Positions 18,997 through 29,292 of a stretch of 64,000 bases of DNA are shown here, piece by piece. The notes under the pieces are model-generated. The model was not told the origin of the DNA. It searched no databases and saw only the letters and a program-made list of their open reading frames with translations. How positions within the stretch are numbered: the stretch's first letter is position 1; the number at the start of each line of letters is the position of its first letter. The DNA lies in the NCBI GenBank assembly GCA_964631985.1, contig CAZWAX010000002.1:2129-66128 (forward strand), in the 5' to 3' direction. The translations under genes and the position numbers were made by a program. The DNA comes from an uncultured Polyangiaceae bacterium. GTDB lineage: Bacteria > Desulfobacterota > Binatia > UTPRO1.

Positions 18997-20028
18997 ATGT
19001 TCCACTTCGAGATTTCCGACGAAGAACGGATGATTCAGGAGACCACGCGCCGGTTCGCGCAGGACCGGCTCCTTCACGGCGTGCGAGCCCACGAGCGGGC
19101 TCGCGGGCTCGCGGCGGCCACGGTCGGCGAGTTCGCCGCCCTCGGGTTGGCGGGCGTCACATCGGAGCGGACACTCGGAACCTTCGCCAAGGCCCTCATC
19201 CTCGAGGAGTTGGCCGCCGTCGATCCAGGAGCGGCGTTGGCGCTCGATGGTCTGGTGCTGGTGGGTCCCCTGCTGATCGCGAGTGGTGTAGAGCTCGGCA
19301 GCGCCGTGAGCCGAGCCGGCGCCCGTGGTGTTCTCGTGCACGATACGGAGCGACGCTTCCGCGCAGAAGGTGGTGTGGTCGCGGGAGCGCACCCCTGGGT
19401 GCCGGCGGACCGGGCCGACGTCGTCGTAATCCTGCAGGGCGACCGTGCCTTGGTCGTGACCAGCGGCTTCGACCTCGTGCCGATCGACGCCTGCGGCTTG
19501 GGCGCGGCCGGGGCTTCCCGATTGTGCGTGACCAGTGCCCCCGTCGTCGCGACGATCGAGGAGCCTAGCACCCTCGTGCGCGCCCGCGCCCAGGTCCACA
19601 CGAGAGTCGCGGCGCTGCTGACCGGGGCCGCGCGCGGCGCGTACGAGTATGCGGTTCGCTACGCTCGAGAGCGCACCGCCTTTGGTTGCCCGATCGCGCA
19701 TCACCAGGCTCTCGCGTTCTTGATTGCGGACATGGCAACCGGCGTCGATGTCGCGCGCGCCATGACGTGGGCGTCGGCGGTGACGATCGACGAAGGGAAT
19801 GACGCGGCGTGGGCGAGCGCCGCCGCGTTCGCCGAGGCTGCCGAGCAGGGCCTCTTCGTCGGACCGAACGCGGTCCAGATCCTCGGGGGCCACGGCTACA
19901 TGAAGGATCATTTGGTTGAGAAGTGGATGCGCGACATCCGGACGCTCGCGCAGTGTGCAGGGGGACGCGACGAGGCGGAGATCGCGAGCGCGGCGCTCGT
20001 CGTCGATCACGACCTGGGGTTTCGATGA
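18997..20028 (+). CDS. acyl-CoA dehydrogenase family protein (alpha/beta pair member, FadE26/27-like)
   Basis: Start chosen at MFHFEISDEE. ATGA overlap with the next ACAD gene, consistent with heteromeric alpha2beta2 ACADs. Confidence 0.75.
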   Translation: MFHFEISDEERMIQETTRRFAQDRLLHGVRAHERARGLAAATVGEFAALGLAGVTSERTLGTFAKALILEELAAVDPGAALALDGLVLVGPLLIASGVELGSAVSRAGARGVLVHDTERRFRAEGGVVAGAHPWVPADRADVVVILQGDRALVVTSGFDLVPIDACGLGAAGASRLCVTSAPVVATIEEPSTLVRARAQVHTRVAALLTGAARGAYEYAVRYARERTAFGCPIAHHQALAFLIADMATGVDVARAMTWASAVTIDEGNDAAWASAAAFAEAAEQGLFVGPNAVQILGGHGYMKDHLVEKWMRDIRTLAQCAGGRDEAEIASAALVVDHDLGFR

Positions 20029-21212
20029 TCGAGCTCGCGCTACCAGCGGGTCTCGAGAGACGCGTGCGGCAGATCCGTGATCTTGGCCGGGAGTTCCTGC
20101 GTCCACTCGGTATCGAGGCGGATCGCGCCGGCGCCCCGGTACCTGCCGATCATTCCTTCTTCTCGATGGTGTGGAAGCTGGGCGTCGGCCAGCCGATCGG
20201 CGAAGGGGAGACGGACGGCCCAGCGGTCGGGAGCACGGGGGCACGGCGCGGCGTCGTGCTCGCCGAGGAGATGTCGTACTGGGATCGCGGCATGTCGGTC
20301 GCCCTACCGGGCCTGGGGCTCGGCGGGCCGCCGCTTTTGGCCATGGGCACGCCGGAGCAAAAAGAGAGGTTCCTCGCGCCCTTCAGGGACCGATCCCATC
20401 CGCGCTGGGCGGCGTTCGGCATGACCGAGCCTGGGGCGGGAAGCGACGTCGCCGGCATTCGCACCACGGCCGTGAAGGACGGTGACCAGTGGATTCTCAA
20501 TGGCGCGAAGACGTTCATCTCGAACGCCATGCGCGCCGACTGGATCGTGGTGTGGGCCACCGTCGATGCGTCAGCCGGCCGCGGCGGTCACCGCGCCTTC
20601 ATCGTGGAGAAGGGGACTTCCGGCCTGGAGGACATGCGGTACGAGCACAAGATGGGCTTGATCGCCTATGAAAGCTCGTCGTTCGCACTTCGTGATTGCC
20701 GCCTGCCCGGGTTCAATTTGCTTGGCGGGGAGGCCTACTATGCGGAACGGGCGGGCTTCGCGGGGGCCATGAAGAGTTTCAACTCGACGCGGCCTGCGGT
20801 CGCGGCCATGGCGCTCGGGATTGCGCGGGCCGCTTACGACGTCGCTCGGGCCTTTGCGCGGGAGCACTACGCGCTGGAGCGGCCCATCGCGCGCTATCAG
20901 CGCATGCGCGAGAAGCTGGCGCGCATGGCGCGCAAGATCGAAGCCGGTCGACTGCTGTGCTGGCGCGCTGCCTACCTCGCCGACACGGCGCAGCCGAACA
21001 TCGTCGAGGCATCGATGGCAAAGGCTTTCTGCCCCGCGATCGCCCAAGAGGCAGCTGGCTTCGCCGTCGAAATCATGGGCGACGCCGGTGTCACGCGCGA
21101 CACGTACGTCGAGAAGCTGTACCGCGATGTCAAGGCCATGGATATCGTCGAAGGTACGGGTCAGATCCAGCACGTCATCATGGCGCGTCGGCTGGTCGGC
21201 TTGCCGCACTGA
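20025..21212 (+). CDS. acyl-CoA dehydrogenase (partner of 18997-20028)
   Basis: FGMTEPGAGSDVA, ISNAM, EGTGQIQ. Confidence 0.85.
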   Translation: MIELALPAGLERRVRQIRDLGREFLRPLGIEADRAGAPVPADHSFFSMVWKLGVGQPIGEGETDGPAVGSTGARRGVVLAEEMSYWDRGMSVALPGLGLGGPPLLAMGTPEQKERFLAPFRDRSHPRWAAFGMTEPGAGSDVAGIRTTAVKDGDQWILNGAKTFISNAMRADWIVVWATVDASAGRGGHRAFIVEKGTSGLEDMRYEHKMGLIAYESSSFALRDCRLPGFNLLGGEAYYAERAGFAGAMKSFNSTRPAVAAMALGIARAAYDVARAFAREHYALERPIARYQRMREKLARMARKIEAGRLLCWRAAYLADTAQPNIVEASMAKAFCPAIAQEAAGFAVEIMGDAGVTRDTYVEKLYRDVKAMDIVEGTGQIQHVIMARRLVGLPH

Positions 21213-21227
21213 GAGAAGGAGCAATTG

Positions 21228-22709
21228 ATGGATCACGCGCGGCTGAGTGCGGAACTCGGGATCGGAAAGGAAACGCGGCTCCTCATCGGGGGCGATCTCC
21301 GGCCGCCATCCGGTGGCGGCGTCATCCAGAGCGTCGACCCGACGACGGGCGCCGTGCTCGCCGAGATTCCGGCGGCGTCGACGGCCGATGTCGATGACGC
21401 CGTAGCTGCCGCGCGGCATGCGTTCGACGCGACCGACTGGGCCACCAATCTCGGAAAGCGACGGAAGATTCTTGCGAAGCTTGCCGAGCTGACGACGGCC
21501 CATGCCGACGAGCTCGCGGGAGTGGAGACGCTCGACGTCGGCACGCTGCATACGGCGAGCAAGGGTTTCGGCGCGCGCGCCATGGTGCGGAACCTCGAGT
21601 ACTACGCGTCCTGGATCGACAAGATCTACGGCGAGGTGGTGCCGGTTACGTCCCCCACGACGTTCGACTACACGCTCCGCGAACCGCTCGGCGTCGTGGC
21701 CGCGATCTTCGCGTGGAATACGCCGATGCTCTTCCTCGGAAGCAAGGTCGGTCCGGCCTTGGCAACCGGCAATACCATCGTCCTCAAACCGTCCGAGCTC
21801 GGCTCACTTACGGCGCTCCGCTTCGCGGAGCTCTGCCAAGAGGCGGGGGTGCCCGCGGGGGTCATCAACATCCTCAGCGGTGGGCCCGAGGTGGGCCAGC
21901 GGCTCGTGGAGCACCCCGACGTCGACAAGGTGAGCTTTACGGGTGGCACGGAGACCGGGAGGCGCATCATGGAGGTCGCCGCCCGGACGTTGAAGAGCGT
22001 GCATCTGGAGCTCGGTGGCAAGTCACCGAACGTGATCTTTGCCGACGCGGATCTCGGCAAGGCGGCCATGGGCGCAGTCATGGCCTGCTTCGCGATGACC
22101 GGCCAGGCGTGCATCGCCGGGAGCCGGTTGTTCGTCGAGGAGTCCGTGCACGATACGATCGTCGAGAGGGTCACCGCGATCGCCGCGGGGCTGCGTGTCG
22201 GCGATCCGATGGAGGCCGACACCATGCTCGGACCGCTGATCTCCGCCAAGCAATTGGCGAATGCCGAGCGCTACGTCGCGAGCGGCACCAAGGCCGGCGC
22301 GCGGCTCGTCAGTGGGGGCAAGCGTCCGGCGGCGGCGCCCGCCGGCGGTTACTTCCTCGAGCCGACGGTGTTCGTCGACGTCGCGCCGGAGATGGAGATC
22401 GCGCGCGACGAGATCTTCGCACCGGTGCTGAGTGTCTTTCGGTTCAAGGACGCGGAGGAAGTCGTTGCTGCCGCCAACGCCACGCGTTACGGCTTGGCGG
22501 CGGCCGTCTGGACGCGCGACGTCGGGCGGGCGCACCGACTGGCGCGCTCGCTCCGTGCCGGGAACGTGTGGGTGAACAGCTACGGAACGATCTCGTACAC
22601 GGCGCCCTTCGGGGGCTACAAGCAAAGTGGACTCGGTCGCGAGGGCGGCCGCCAGGCGATCGAAGAATACACGCAGATCAAGAACGTCAGCGTGGATCTC
22701 CGGCCATGA
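21228..22709 (+). CDS. NAD(P)-dependent aldehyde dehydrogenase
   Basis: FTGGTETG, ELGGKSP, catalytic Cys context GQACIAGSR. GAAGGAG RBS. Confidence 0.9.
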   Translation: MDHARLSAELGIGKETRLLIGGDLRPPSGGGVIQSVDPTTGAVLAEIPAASTADVDDAVAAARHAFDATDWATNLGKRRKILAKLAELTTAHADELAGVETLDVGTLHTASKGFGARAMVRNLEYYASWIDKIYGEVVPVTSPTTFDYTLREPLGVVAAIFAWNTPMLFLGSKVGPALATGNTIVLKPSELGSLTALRFAELCQEAGVPAGVINILSGGPEVGQRLVEHPDVDKVSFTGGTETGRRIMEVAARTLKSVHLELGGKSPNVIFADADLGKAAMGAVMACFAMTGQACIAGSRLFVEESVHDTIVERVTAIAAGLRVGDPMEADTMLGPLISAKQLANAERYVASGTKAGARLVSGGKRPAAAPAGGYFLEPTVFVDVAPEMEIARDEIFAPVLSVFRFKDAEEVVAAANATRYGLAAAVWTRDVGRAHRLARSLRAGNVWVNSYGTISYTAPFGGYKQSGLGREGGRQAIEEYTQIKNVSVDLRP

Positions 22710-23797
22710 GGGCCGCGGTTCTGCACCGGACGGGCGAGCCGCTCCAGCTCGAGGACATCGAGATCGCACCACCAAACAGCGGGGAGGTTTCGATCCGGGT
22801 CGTCGCGAGCGGCATCTGCCACAGTGATTATTCAGTTGCCCACGGCGTGCTGCGCTCCCCGCTGCCGGTGGTGCTCGGGCACGAGGCCGCCGGCATCATC
22901 GAGCGGGTGGGTCCTGAGGTGACAGGGCTCGTGCCTGGCGATCACGTGGTGGCGGTATTGACGCCGTCGTGCGGCCAGTGCCCGCTGTGTATCGAGGGCA
23001 AGCCGTTCCTCTGCATGCAGATGATGCACACGATGGGGAACTGCACGATGCTCGACGGGACGACCCGTCTCCGGCTCGGCGGCCGAAGCGTGCATCAGCT
23101 CTGTGGGGTCGCCTCGTTTGCCGAGCGCGCCGTCATCCCCGCAGGTGCCGTCATCAAGGTTCCGGCCGACGTTCCGCTCGACACCGTGTGTCTCGTCGGG
23201 TGCGGCGTGACGACCGGGACCGGTGCGGTCTTCAACACTGCGGGCGTCGAGGCGGGGACGAGCGTCGCGGTCATCGGCTGCGGCGGTGTGGGGCTCTCGA
23301 TCGTGCAGGCGGCGCGGATCGCAGAAGCCGCGACGATCATCGCGATTGATCCGGTCGCCGAGAAACGCCAGCTCGCACTCGAGCTCGGCGCCACGCACAC
23401 CATCGACCCGAGCTGCGAGGACGTCGCGAAGCAAGTGCGCGCAATGACCATGATGGGCGTCCATTACGCCTTCGAGGCGATTGGTACGCTCGCGACCATC
23501 GAGCAGGCCTGGGCGCTCGTCAGGCCGACCGGTCGGGTCGTCGTCGTCGGCATGCCGGCGGTGAAAGACGAAGTCCGGTTACGGGTGGGTGGGTTCTTCC
23601 AGCAGAAGAGCATCACCGGCTCAGCGTATGGTTCGGCGGTGCCGATTCGCGACGTTCCGCGGCTGATCGACCTCTACCGGACGGGGAAGCTCAAGCTCGA
23701 TGCCATGATCACGAGTCGCATTCCACTCGAGGGCGTGAACGACGCGTTCGAGGCCATGGCGCGCGGCGAGGGCGCGCGCTCCGTCATCGTGTTTTGA
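22706..23797 (+). CDS. zinc-dependent alcohol dehydrogenase (MDR family)
   Basis: [14 protein letters not shown], structural-Zn Cys cluster CGQCPLC, GxGxxG (VIGCGGVG). ATGA overlap. Confidence 0.85.
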   Translation: MRAAVLHRTGEPLQLEDIEIAPPNSGEVSIRVVASGICHSDYSVAHGVLRSPLPVVLGHEAAGIIERVGPEVTGLVPGDHVVAVLTPSCGQCPLCIEGKPFLCMQMMHTMGNCTMLDGTTRLRLGGRSVHQLCGVASFAERAVIPAGAVIKVPADVPLDTVCLVGCGVTTGTGAVFNTAGVEAGTSVAVIGCGGVGLSIVQAARIAEAATIIAIDPVAEKRQLALELGATHTIDPSCEDVAKQVRAMTMMGVHYAFEAIGTLATIEQAWALVRPTGRVVVVGMPAVKDEVRLRVGGFFQQKSITGSAYGSAVPIRDVPRLIDLYRTGKLKLDAMITSRIPLEGVNDAFEAMARGEGARSVIVF

Positions 23798-23811
23798 GAG
23801 GGAGATCGATC

Positions 23812-24978
23812 GTGCATTGGGGAGAGCGCGCGGCAATCGTGGGGATCGGCGAGACGGAGTACGTCCGCGGCTCCGAGCGCACGCCCGCCGAGATGATGCT
23901 GGAGGCGAGTAGATCGGCGATCGCCGACGCGGGTCTCACGGTCGCGGACATCGACGGGCTGATTCCGCCGCCGACGCTGACGAGCGCCGAGGAGCTGGCG
24001 GCGAATCTCGGGATCGAGGACCTCCATTACACGGTGACCGTCCACATGGGTGGTGCGAGCCCGACGGCTGCGTTGCAGAGCGCGGCCGTGGCGGTTGCAG
24101 CTGGGCTGGCGCGGAACGTCCTCGTGACCCTCGGGTGGAACGGCTACTCGGCGCTCCGGCGGAGAAGCGCGAGCCGGCAACGGATCTCCCTCGATGCCCT
24201 CACGACGACGCTCGCCGACTTCTACCTTCCCCACGGCGCGACCGCGCCCGTGCAGTGGTATGCCTGGATCGCCATGCGTCACATGCAGACGTACGGCATA
24301 CGGCACGAGGACATGGGCGCGGTGGCGCTGGCCTGCCGGAAGCACGCGCAGCTCAACGAGCGCGCGCTGATGCGGGGGCGCGCGCTTTCTATGGACGAGT
24401 ACCTCGCGTCGCGCTGGATCTCCGAGCCGTTCCGACTGTTCGATTGCTGCCTGGAGACCGATGGCGCCTGCGCCGTGGTGATCTCGAGCGTCGAGCAAGC
24501 CAAGGACCTGCCGAACCGTCCCGTGGTCATCATGGCGGCGGCCGAGGGGCATCCGTATCCTGCCGACGACATCGGGAGCAGGCCAGACCTCCTGCGGATC
24601 GGACTGACCTCGGCAGCACCGCGCGCATTCGCGATGGCGGGTATTCGACCGACCGACGCCGACTTTCTCGAGATCTATGATTGCTTCACGTATGTCGTGC
24701 TGCTGCAGATCGAAGCCCTCGGTCTCTGCGGGCCTGGTGAAGCCGGAGCATTCGTCCGCAACGGTCGGATCGAGCTCGGCGGCGAGTTTCCGCTGAACAC
24801 GCACGGTGGCCTGCTGTCGCAGGCCCACGTGTGGGGGCTGAATCACGTCGTCGAGGCGACGCGCCAGCTGCGCGGCACGGCCGGCGCGGCGCAGGTTGCC
24901 GACGCCGAGATCGGGGTCGTCACCGGCTGGGGCGATTTCGGCGACGGCAGCATCGCGATCCTGAGGCGCGGGTCATGA
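23812..24978 (+). CDS. SCP-x type thiolase / lipid-transfer protein (Ltp3/4-like)
   Basis: GTG at 23812 with a GAGGGAG RBS; an alternative TTG sits at 23794. ATGA overlap with the downstream DUF35 gene. Confidence 0.75.
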   Translation: MHWGERAAIVGIGETEYVRGSERTPAEMMLEASRSAIADAGLTVADIDGLIPPPTLTSAEELAANLGIEDLHYTVTVHMGGASPTAALQSAAVAVAAGLARNVLVTLGWNGYSALRRRSASRQRISLDALTTTLADFYLPHGATAPVQWYAWIAMRHMQTYGIRHEDMGAVALACRKHAQLNERALMRGRALSMDEYLASRWISEPFRLFDCCLETDGACAVVISSVEQAKDLPNRPVVIMAAAEGHPYPADDIGSRPDLLRIGLTSAAPRAFAMAGIRPTDADFLEIYDCFTYVVLLQIEALGLCGPGEAGAFVRNGRIELGGEFPLNTHGGLLSQAHVWGLNHVVEATRQLRGTAGAAQVADAEIGVVTGWGDFGDGSIAILRRGS

Positions 24979-25409
24979 GCGAACGTCTCGCGATACCGCG
25001 GCCGATTCCCACCCCGCAGCCGGGAAGCCTGAACGCCCAGTTCTACGAGCACTGCGCGAGCGGAGCGCTTCGCTTCCAGCGCTGCTCCGGCTGTGGAACG
25101 TGGCGCCATCTCCCGCGGATCATGTGCGCACGCTGTGGGTCCGACGTGTGGTCGTGGGAGCTATCGAGCGCCCGGGGGGCGGTCTACTCGTGGACCGTGA
25201 CGCACCAGGCGCTCTATCCGGCATTCGTCGACGAGACGCCGTACATCGTCGTGGTCGTCGAGTTGGCGGAGGGCGTGCGCCTGGTGGGCCGACTCTACGA
25301 CCTGCCACCCGGCGATCTCGTCATCGGTCTCATGGTACAGGTCCGGCTCGCGCCGGTCTCCGAGCACGTCGCCCTACCGTATTTCGTGCCGTCAAAGGAG
25401 GGGCGATGA
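24975..25409 (+). CDS. DUF35 OB-fold/Zn-ribbon protein
   Basis: [20 protein letters not shown] Zn-ribbon. Paralog of 14517-14912. Confidence 0.75.
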   Translation: MSERLAIPRPIPTPQPGSLNAQFYEHCASGALRFQRCSGCGTWRHLPRIMCARCGSDVWSWELSSARGAVYSWTVTHQALYPAFVDETPYIVVVVELAEGVRLVGRLYDLPPGDLVIGLMVQVRLAPVSEHVALPYFVPSKEGR

Positions 25410-25564
25410 AAGTATCCTTGTTCTACCTGCCGAGCATCAACGCGCTGATTCCATACGCCAAGCTCATGAAGAGCATCGAGCTCTTCCAGCGCAAGGTGCT
25501 CCCCCGGGTGGCGAACCTCAACGTTGATGCGCCGCTGCCGGGCGCCGGAGCAGCCCGCATATGA
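25407..25564 (+). pseudogene. N-terminal 52-aa relic of a luciferase-like monooxygenase
   Basis: [11 protein letters not shown]... matches the N-terminus of the LLM at 57253 ([13 protein letters not shown]) and stops after 52 aa. Confidence 0.45.
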
Positions 25565-26373
25565 GCGAGTCCCCTGTCATCTACGAGCGCGAGGGGGCGG
25601 TTGCCATCCTCACGCTCAATCGGCCCCAGAACCGCAACAGCATGACGCCCGACGTGATGGAGGCGTTCAGCGCCGGTATCGCTCGCGTGCGCAGCGACCG
25701 GGGCGTCCGCGTGGTCGTCATCACGGGGCGGGGAGGCAGCTTCTGCGCCGGCGCGGACTTTCGCACGGCCTCGCCGACGGCGGTAGGCGCGAGCGGGTCG
25801 GCGGATCAGGGTGGTGCGATGCTTCCCGCCGAGCGCGCGTTTGGGCTGTATGAGCCGTTCCTCTCGGTGCTCGACATCGAGGTGCCGACGATTGCCGCCA
25901 TGAATGGCCACGCCATCGGCGGGGGACTCGGGCTCGCGCTTGTGACCGACATTCGAGTCGCGAACCGCGAGGCGAAGTACGGCGCGAACTTCGCCCGCCT
26001 CGGTTTTCACTCGGGCATGGCCATCAGCTATCTGCTGCCCCGGATCGTGGGCGTGCCGGTGGCGGCCGATCTGCTCTTCTCGGGGAGCGTCATCACCGGG
26101 GTGGAGGCGCACGCGATCGGCCTCGTCCACTGCGCGGTGGCGCCCGACGAGGTGGCAGCGGAGGCCATGCGGCGGGCGCGGACGATCGCCGCGTGCGCGC
26201 CCCTGGCCGTGCGTCTCATGAAGAAGTCGCTCTACCGTGGCGCCGGTTGGAACGCCCGCGCGGCGGCGGAGGCCGAGGCGTGGGCGCAGAGCGCGACGCT
26301 CGCCACCGCCGATGCGCGGGAAGGCATCCGCGCTCTGCTCGAAAAGCGCGATCCTGATTTCAAGGGCAACTGA
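25561..26373 (+). CDS. enoyl-CoA hydratase/isomerase family protein
   Basis: LTLNRPQNRNSM, FCAGADF, GHAIGGGLGLAL. Confidence 0.85.
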   Translation: MSESPVIYEREGAVAILTLNRPQNRNSMTPDVMEAFSAGIARVRSDRGVRVVVITGRGGSFCAGADFRTASPTAVGASGSADQGGAMLPAERAFGLYEPFLSVLDIEVPTIAAMNGHAIGGGLGLALVTDIRVANREAKYGANFARLGFHSGMAISYLLPRIVGVPVAADLLFSGSVITGVEAHAIGLVHCAVAPDEVAAEAMRRARTIAACAPLAVRLMKKSLYRGAGWNARAAAEAEAWAQSATLATADAREGIRALLEKRDPDFKGN

Positions 26374-26414
26374 ACGTGGCCACGGCGCAGCGCATCGATA
26401 CGGGAGGCCTACAC

Positions 26415-27512
26415 ATGCCGAGCAAGATCGTCTCTGCGGATTCGCACGTCACGGAACCGCCCGACACCTACACCAAGCGGATCGCCGTGGAGTTTCGGGA
26501 CCGCGCTCCGCACGTCGTGTACGACGAAAAGATGGGCGACGTCTTCGTCATCCCGGGCATGAAGCGGCCGGTTCCCATGGGGCTGGTGGCGGGAGCCGGT
26601 AAAAAAGCCGAGGAGCTCACGACCTTCGGGGTGCGCTTCGAGGATCTCCATCGCGGCGGCTGGGATCCGCGGGCGCGACTGGACGACCAGGCGCGTGACG
26701 GCGTCGACGCGGAGGTCATCTACCCCACCGTCGGGATGGCGCTCTGCAATCACCGGGACCTCGATTACAAGAAGGCCTGCATGGACGCCTACAACCTCTG
26801 GATCGCCGAGTACTGCGGATACGATCCGCGGCGGCTGATCGGCGTTGGACAGACGGCGATGCGAACGCCCGCGGAGGGGATCGAGGATCTGCGCTGCATC
26901 AAGGGACTCGGCCTCAAGGGGGTGATGCTCCCCGGCACACCCGGCCAGGAGGATTACGACAGCGCGATCTACGATCCGCTCTGGCAGGCGGCCATCGATC
27001 TCGAGCTGCCGCTGTCTTTTCACATTCTCACCTCGCGCAGCGACATGGGCGAGGTGCGGGGGCCGAAGCTGAACGGCTTCCTCGCCATCATTCGCGGCTG
27101 CCAGGACATCATGGGGTTGCTCGTCTATGGAGCGGTCTTCGAGCGCCATCCACGCTTGAAGGTGGTCTGCGTCGAGGCCGACGCGGGTTGGGTGCCGCAT
27201 TTCATGTATCGCATGGACCATGCGTACAAGCGCCATCGCTACTGGCTGCCGGCGGGCGCGCTCCCCAAGATGCCGAGCGAGTATTTCCGCGAGAACATCT
27301 ACGTCACCTTTCAGGACGACTCGGTGGCGTTTCAGGTGACCGGCCTGTGCAACCCGCACCGGCTGATGTGGGCGAACGACTTCCCGCACAGCGACTCGAC
27401 GTGGCCGGACTCGCAGGAGGTGATCCGGCAGCAGGCCGCTCAGCTCTCGGACGAGGAGAGGGGCTGGATCCTCCACGACAACGTCTGCGAGCTCTACGGG
27501 ATCGAGGTCTGA
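26415..27512 (+). CDS. amidohydrolase-2 (PF04909-like, ACMSD/LigI-type metal-dependent hydrolase or decarboxylase)
   Basis: N-terminal SADSHVTEPP, HIL and WANDFPHSD motifs. GGGAGG RBS. Paralog at 34468. Confidence 0.8.
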   Translation: MPSKIVSADSHVTEPPDTYTKRIAVEFRDRAPHVVYDEKMGDVFVIPGMKRPVPMGLVAGAGKKAEELTTFGVRFEDLHRGGWDPRARLDDQARDGVDAEVIYPTVGMALCNHRDLDYKKACMDAYNLWIAEYCGYDPRRLIGVGQTAMRTPAEGIEDLRCIKGLGLKGVMLPGTPGQEDYDSAIYDPLWQAAIDLELPLSFHILTSRSDMGEVRGPKLNGFLAIIRGCQDIMGLLVYGAVFERHPRLKVVCVEADAGWVPHFMYRMDHAYKRHRYWLPAGALPKMPSEYFRENIYVTFQDDSVAFQVTGLCNPHRLMWANDFPHSDSTWPDSQEVIRQQAAQLSDEERGWILHDNVCELYGIEV

Positions 27513-27557
27513 GGTGCGGCTTCGGTCCCGATGCGTATCGGTGTTCAGGAGAGCGTG

Positions 27558-29249
27558 ATGGACTACGATCTGAAGATCAGCGGCGGACGCATCGTCGACG
27601 GCAGCGGCGCACCGGCGTACATGGGCGACGTCGGTATTCGCCAAGGCACGATCGCCGCGCTCGGCAAAGCCACCGGCACTGCCGCCGAGACCATCAACGC
27701 CGACGGACGAGTCATCGCCCCCGGCTTCGTCGACATTCACACCCACTACGATGCGCAGATCTTGTGGGATCAGATGCTCACAATCTCGCCCTGGCACGGC
27801 GTGACGACCGTCGTGATGGGCAACTGCGGCTTCGGCGTCGCTCCGACGCGGCCAGGGGATCGCGATCTCATCCTCCGCACGCTCGAGAAGGTCGAGGGGA
27901 TGAGCCTCGCGGCGCTCCGCGAAGGGCTCGGTGAGGACTGGGGGTTCGAGACGTTCCCCGAGTACCTCGATGCCATCGAGCGGCGCGGCGCGGTCATCAA
28001 CGTGGCGGCGATGATCGGACACACGCCGGTCCGTCTCTATGTGATGGGCGAAGAGGCTACCGAGCGTCCCGCGACCCCCGCTGAGGTCGCGCGCATGCGG
28101 GACGTGGTGAGGGAAGGTCTTCAAGCGGGGGCGCTCGGGTTCGCGACGTCGAAATCGCCCACCCACGTCGGCTACGGCGGCCGACCGGTGCCGAGTCGGG
28201 TCGCCGAAACCTCGGAGATCGCGGCCATCGTAGGTGCCCTCGGCGCGGCCGGCCGGGGAATATTGCAGGTCACTATCGGCCCCGAGTTCTTCCTCGAGGA
28301 GATGGCGGCGCTCGCGCGTAGTACGGGGTGTGCGATCTCGTGGACGGCACTGCTTGGCGGCATGCTGGGGCCGGGCTCGCACCGTGCGCTGCTCGAGCGC
28401 TCCGCCGAGCTGGCACGCGAAGGGCTCGCGATCTTCCCGCAAGTCACGTGTCGGCCGCTCAATTTCGAGTTCACGTTCGAGGAGCCGTTCATCTTCGAGA
28501 GCCTCGCGCTCTTCAAGCCGATCTCGGCGAGCGATCACGACGGGAAAGTGCGGATCTACAGCGATCGCGAGTTCCGCGCGGCGTTCAGCGGCAAGACCGG
28601 TCCGGGGACGGGCAAGCGCTTCGCCGATCGCTGGAGCCGCACGGTCGTGAGCTACTACCCACCGGACCCGAGTCTCGAGGAGCGTAATCTCGTCGAGATG
28701 GCGGCCGAGCGGGGCGTCAACCCCGTCGACCTCGCCCTCGATCTCGCGCTGAGCTCGAACCTCGAAGCGCGCTTCCGGATGGCGGTGATGAATGACGACG
28801 AGCGCGAGGTCGAGGAGCTCCTCACGGATCGGAATACGGTGCTCGGACTGTCTGATGCGGGGGCGCACGCGAGCCAGCTCTGCGACGCGTGCTTCTCGAC
28901 TCATCTGCTCGGGCGCTGGGTGCGCGAGAAGGGCGTGCTCTCGCTCGAAGAGGCCGTGCGCATGCTGACCTCGCGGCCGGCCGAGGTCTTCGGCATCGCC
29001 GATCGCGGGCGCCTGCAAGTCGGAAGGCCGGCGGATGTCGTCGTCTTCGATCCCCAGACCGTCGGGGCCGGGAAGCTGCGCAGGGTCCGAGACCTGCCCG
29101 CCGGTGCCGAGCGACTGGTCTCCGACGCGGCGGGTATCGAGGCGGTCGTCGTCAACGGCATGATCGTGCGTCACGCCGGGCGTGATGCCGCCGATCCCGC
29201 GGGTACGCTACCTGGCAAGCTGCTGCGCGGCGGTCGGGCGTCGGGATGA
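27558..29249 (+). CDS. N-acyl-D-amino-acid deacylase (D-aminoacylase)-like amidohydrolase
   Basis: GFVDIHTHYD metal-binding motif. Overall length and N-terminal Gly-rich region (ISGGRIVDGSG). Confidence 0.75.
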   Translation: MDYDLKISGGRIVDGSGAPAYMGDVGIRQGTIAALGKATGTAAETINADGRVIAPGFVDIHTHYDAQILWDQMLTISPWHGVTTVVMGNCGFGVAPTRPGDRDLILRTLEKVEGMSLAALREGLGEDWGFETFPEYLDAIERRGAVINVAAMIGHTPVRLYVMGEEATERPATPAEVARMRDVVREGLQAGALGFATSKSPTHVGYGGRPVPSRVAETSEIAAIVGALGAAGRGILQVTIGPEFFLEEMAALARSTGCAISWTALLGGMLGPGSHRALLERSAELAREGLAIFPQVTCRPLNFEFTFEEPFIFESLALFKPISASDHDGKVRIYSDREFRAAFSGKTGPGTGKRFADRWSRTVVSYYPPDPSLEERNLVEMAAERGVNPVDLALDLALSSNLEARFRMAVMNDDEREVEELLTDRNTVLGLSDAGAHASQLCDACFSTHLLGRWVREKGVLSLEEAVRMLTSRPAEVFGIADRGRLQVGRPADVVVFDPQTVGAGKLRRVRDLPAGAERLVSDAAGIEAVVVNGMIVRHAGRDAADPAGTLPGKLLRGGRASG

Positions 29250-29292
29250 TTCACGACTCATCATCTCAATCTGCTGAAAGAGAGGCCGAGCC

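Noticed and set aside
26409-29174. 921-aa minus-strand ORF
   Set aside because: It is antisense to the amidohydrolase and D-aminoacylase-like genes, which have clear catalytic motifs. Its composition is low-complexity.
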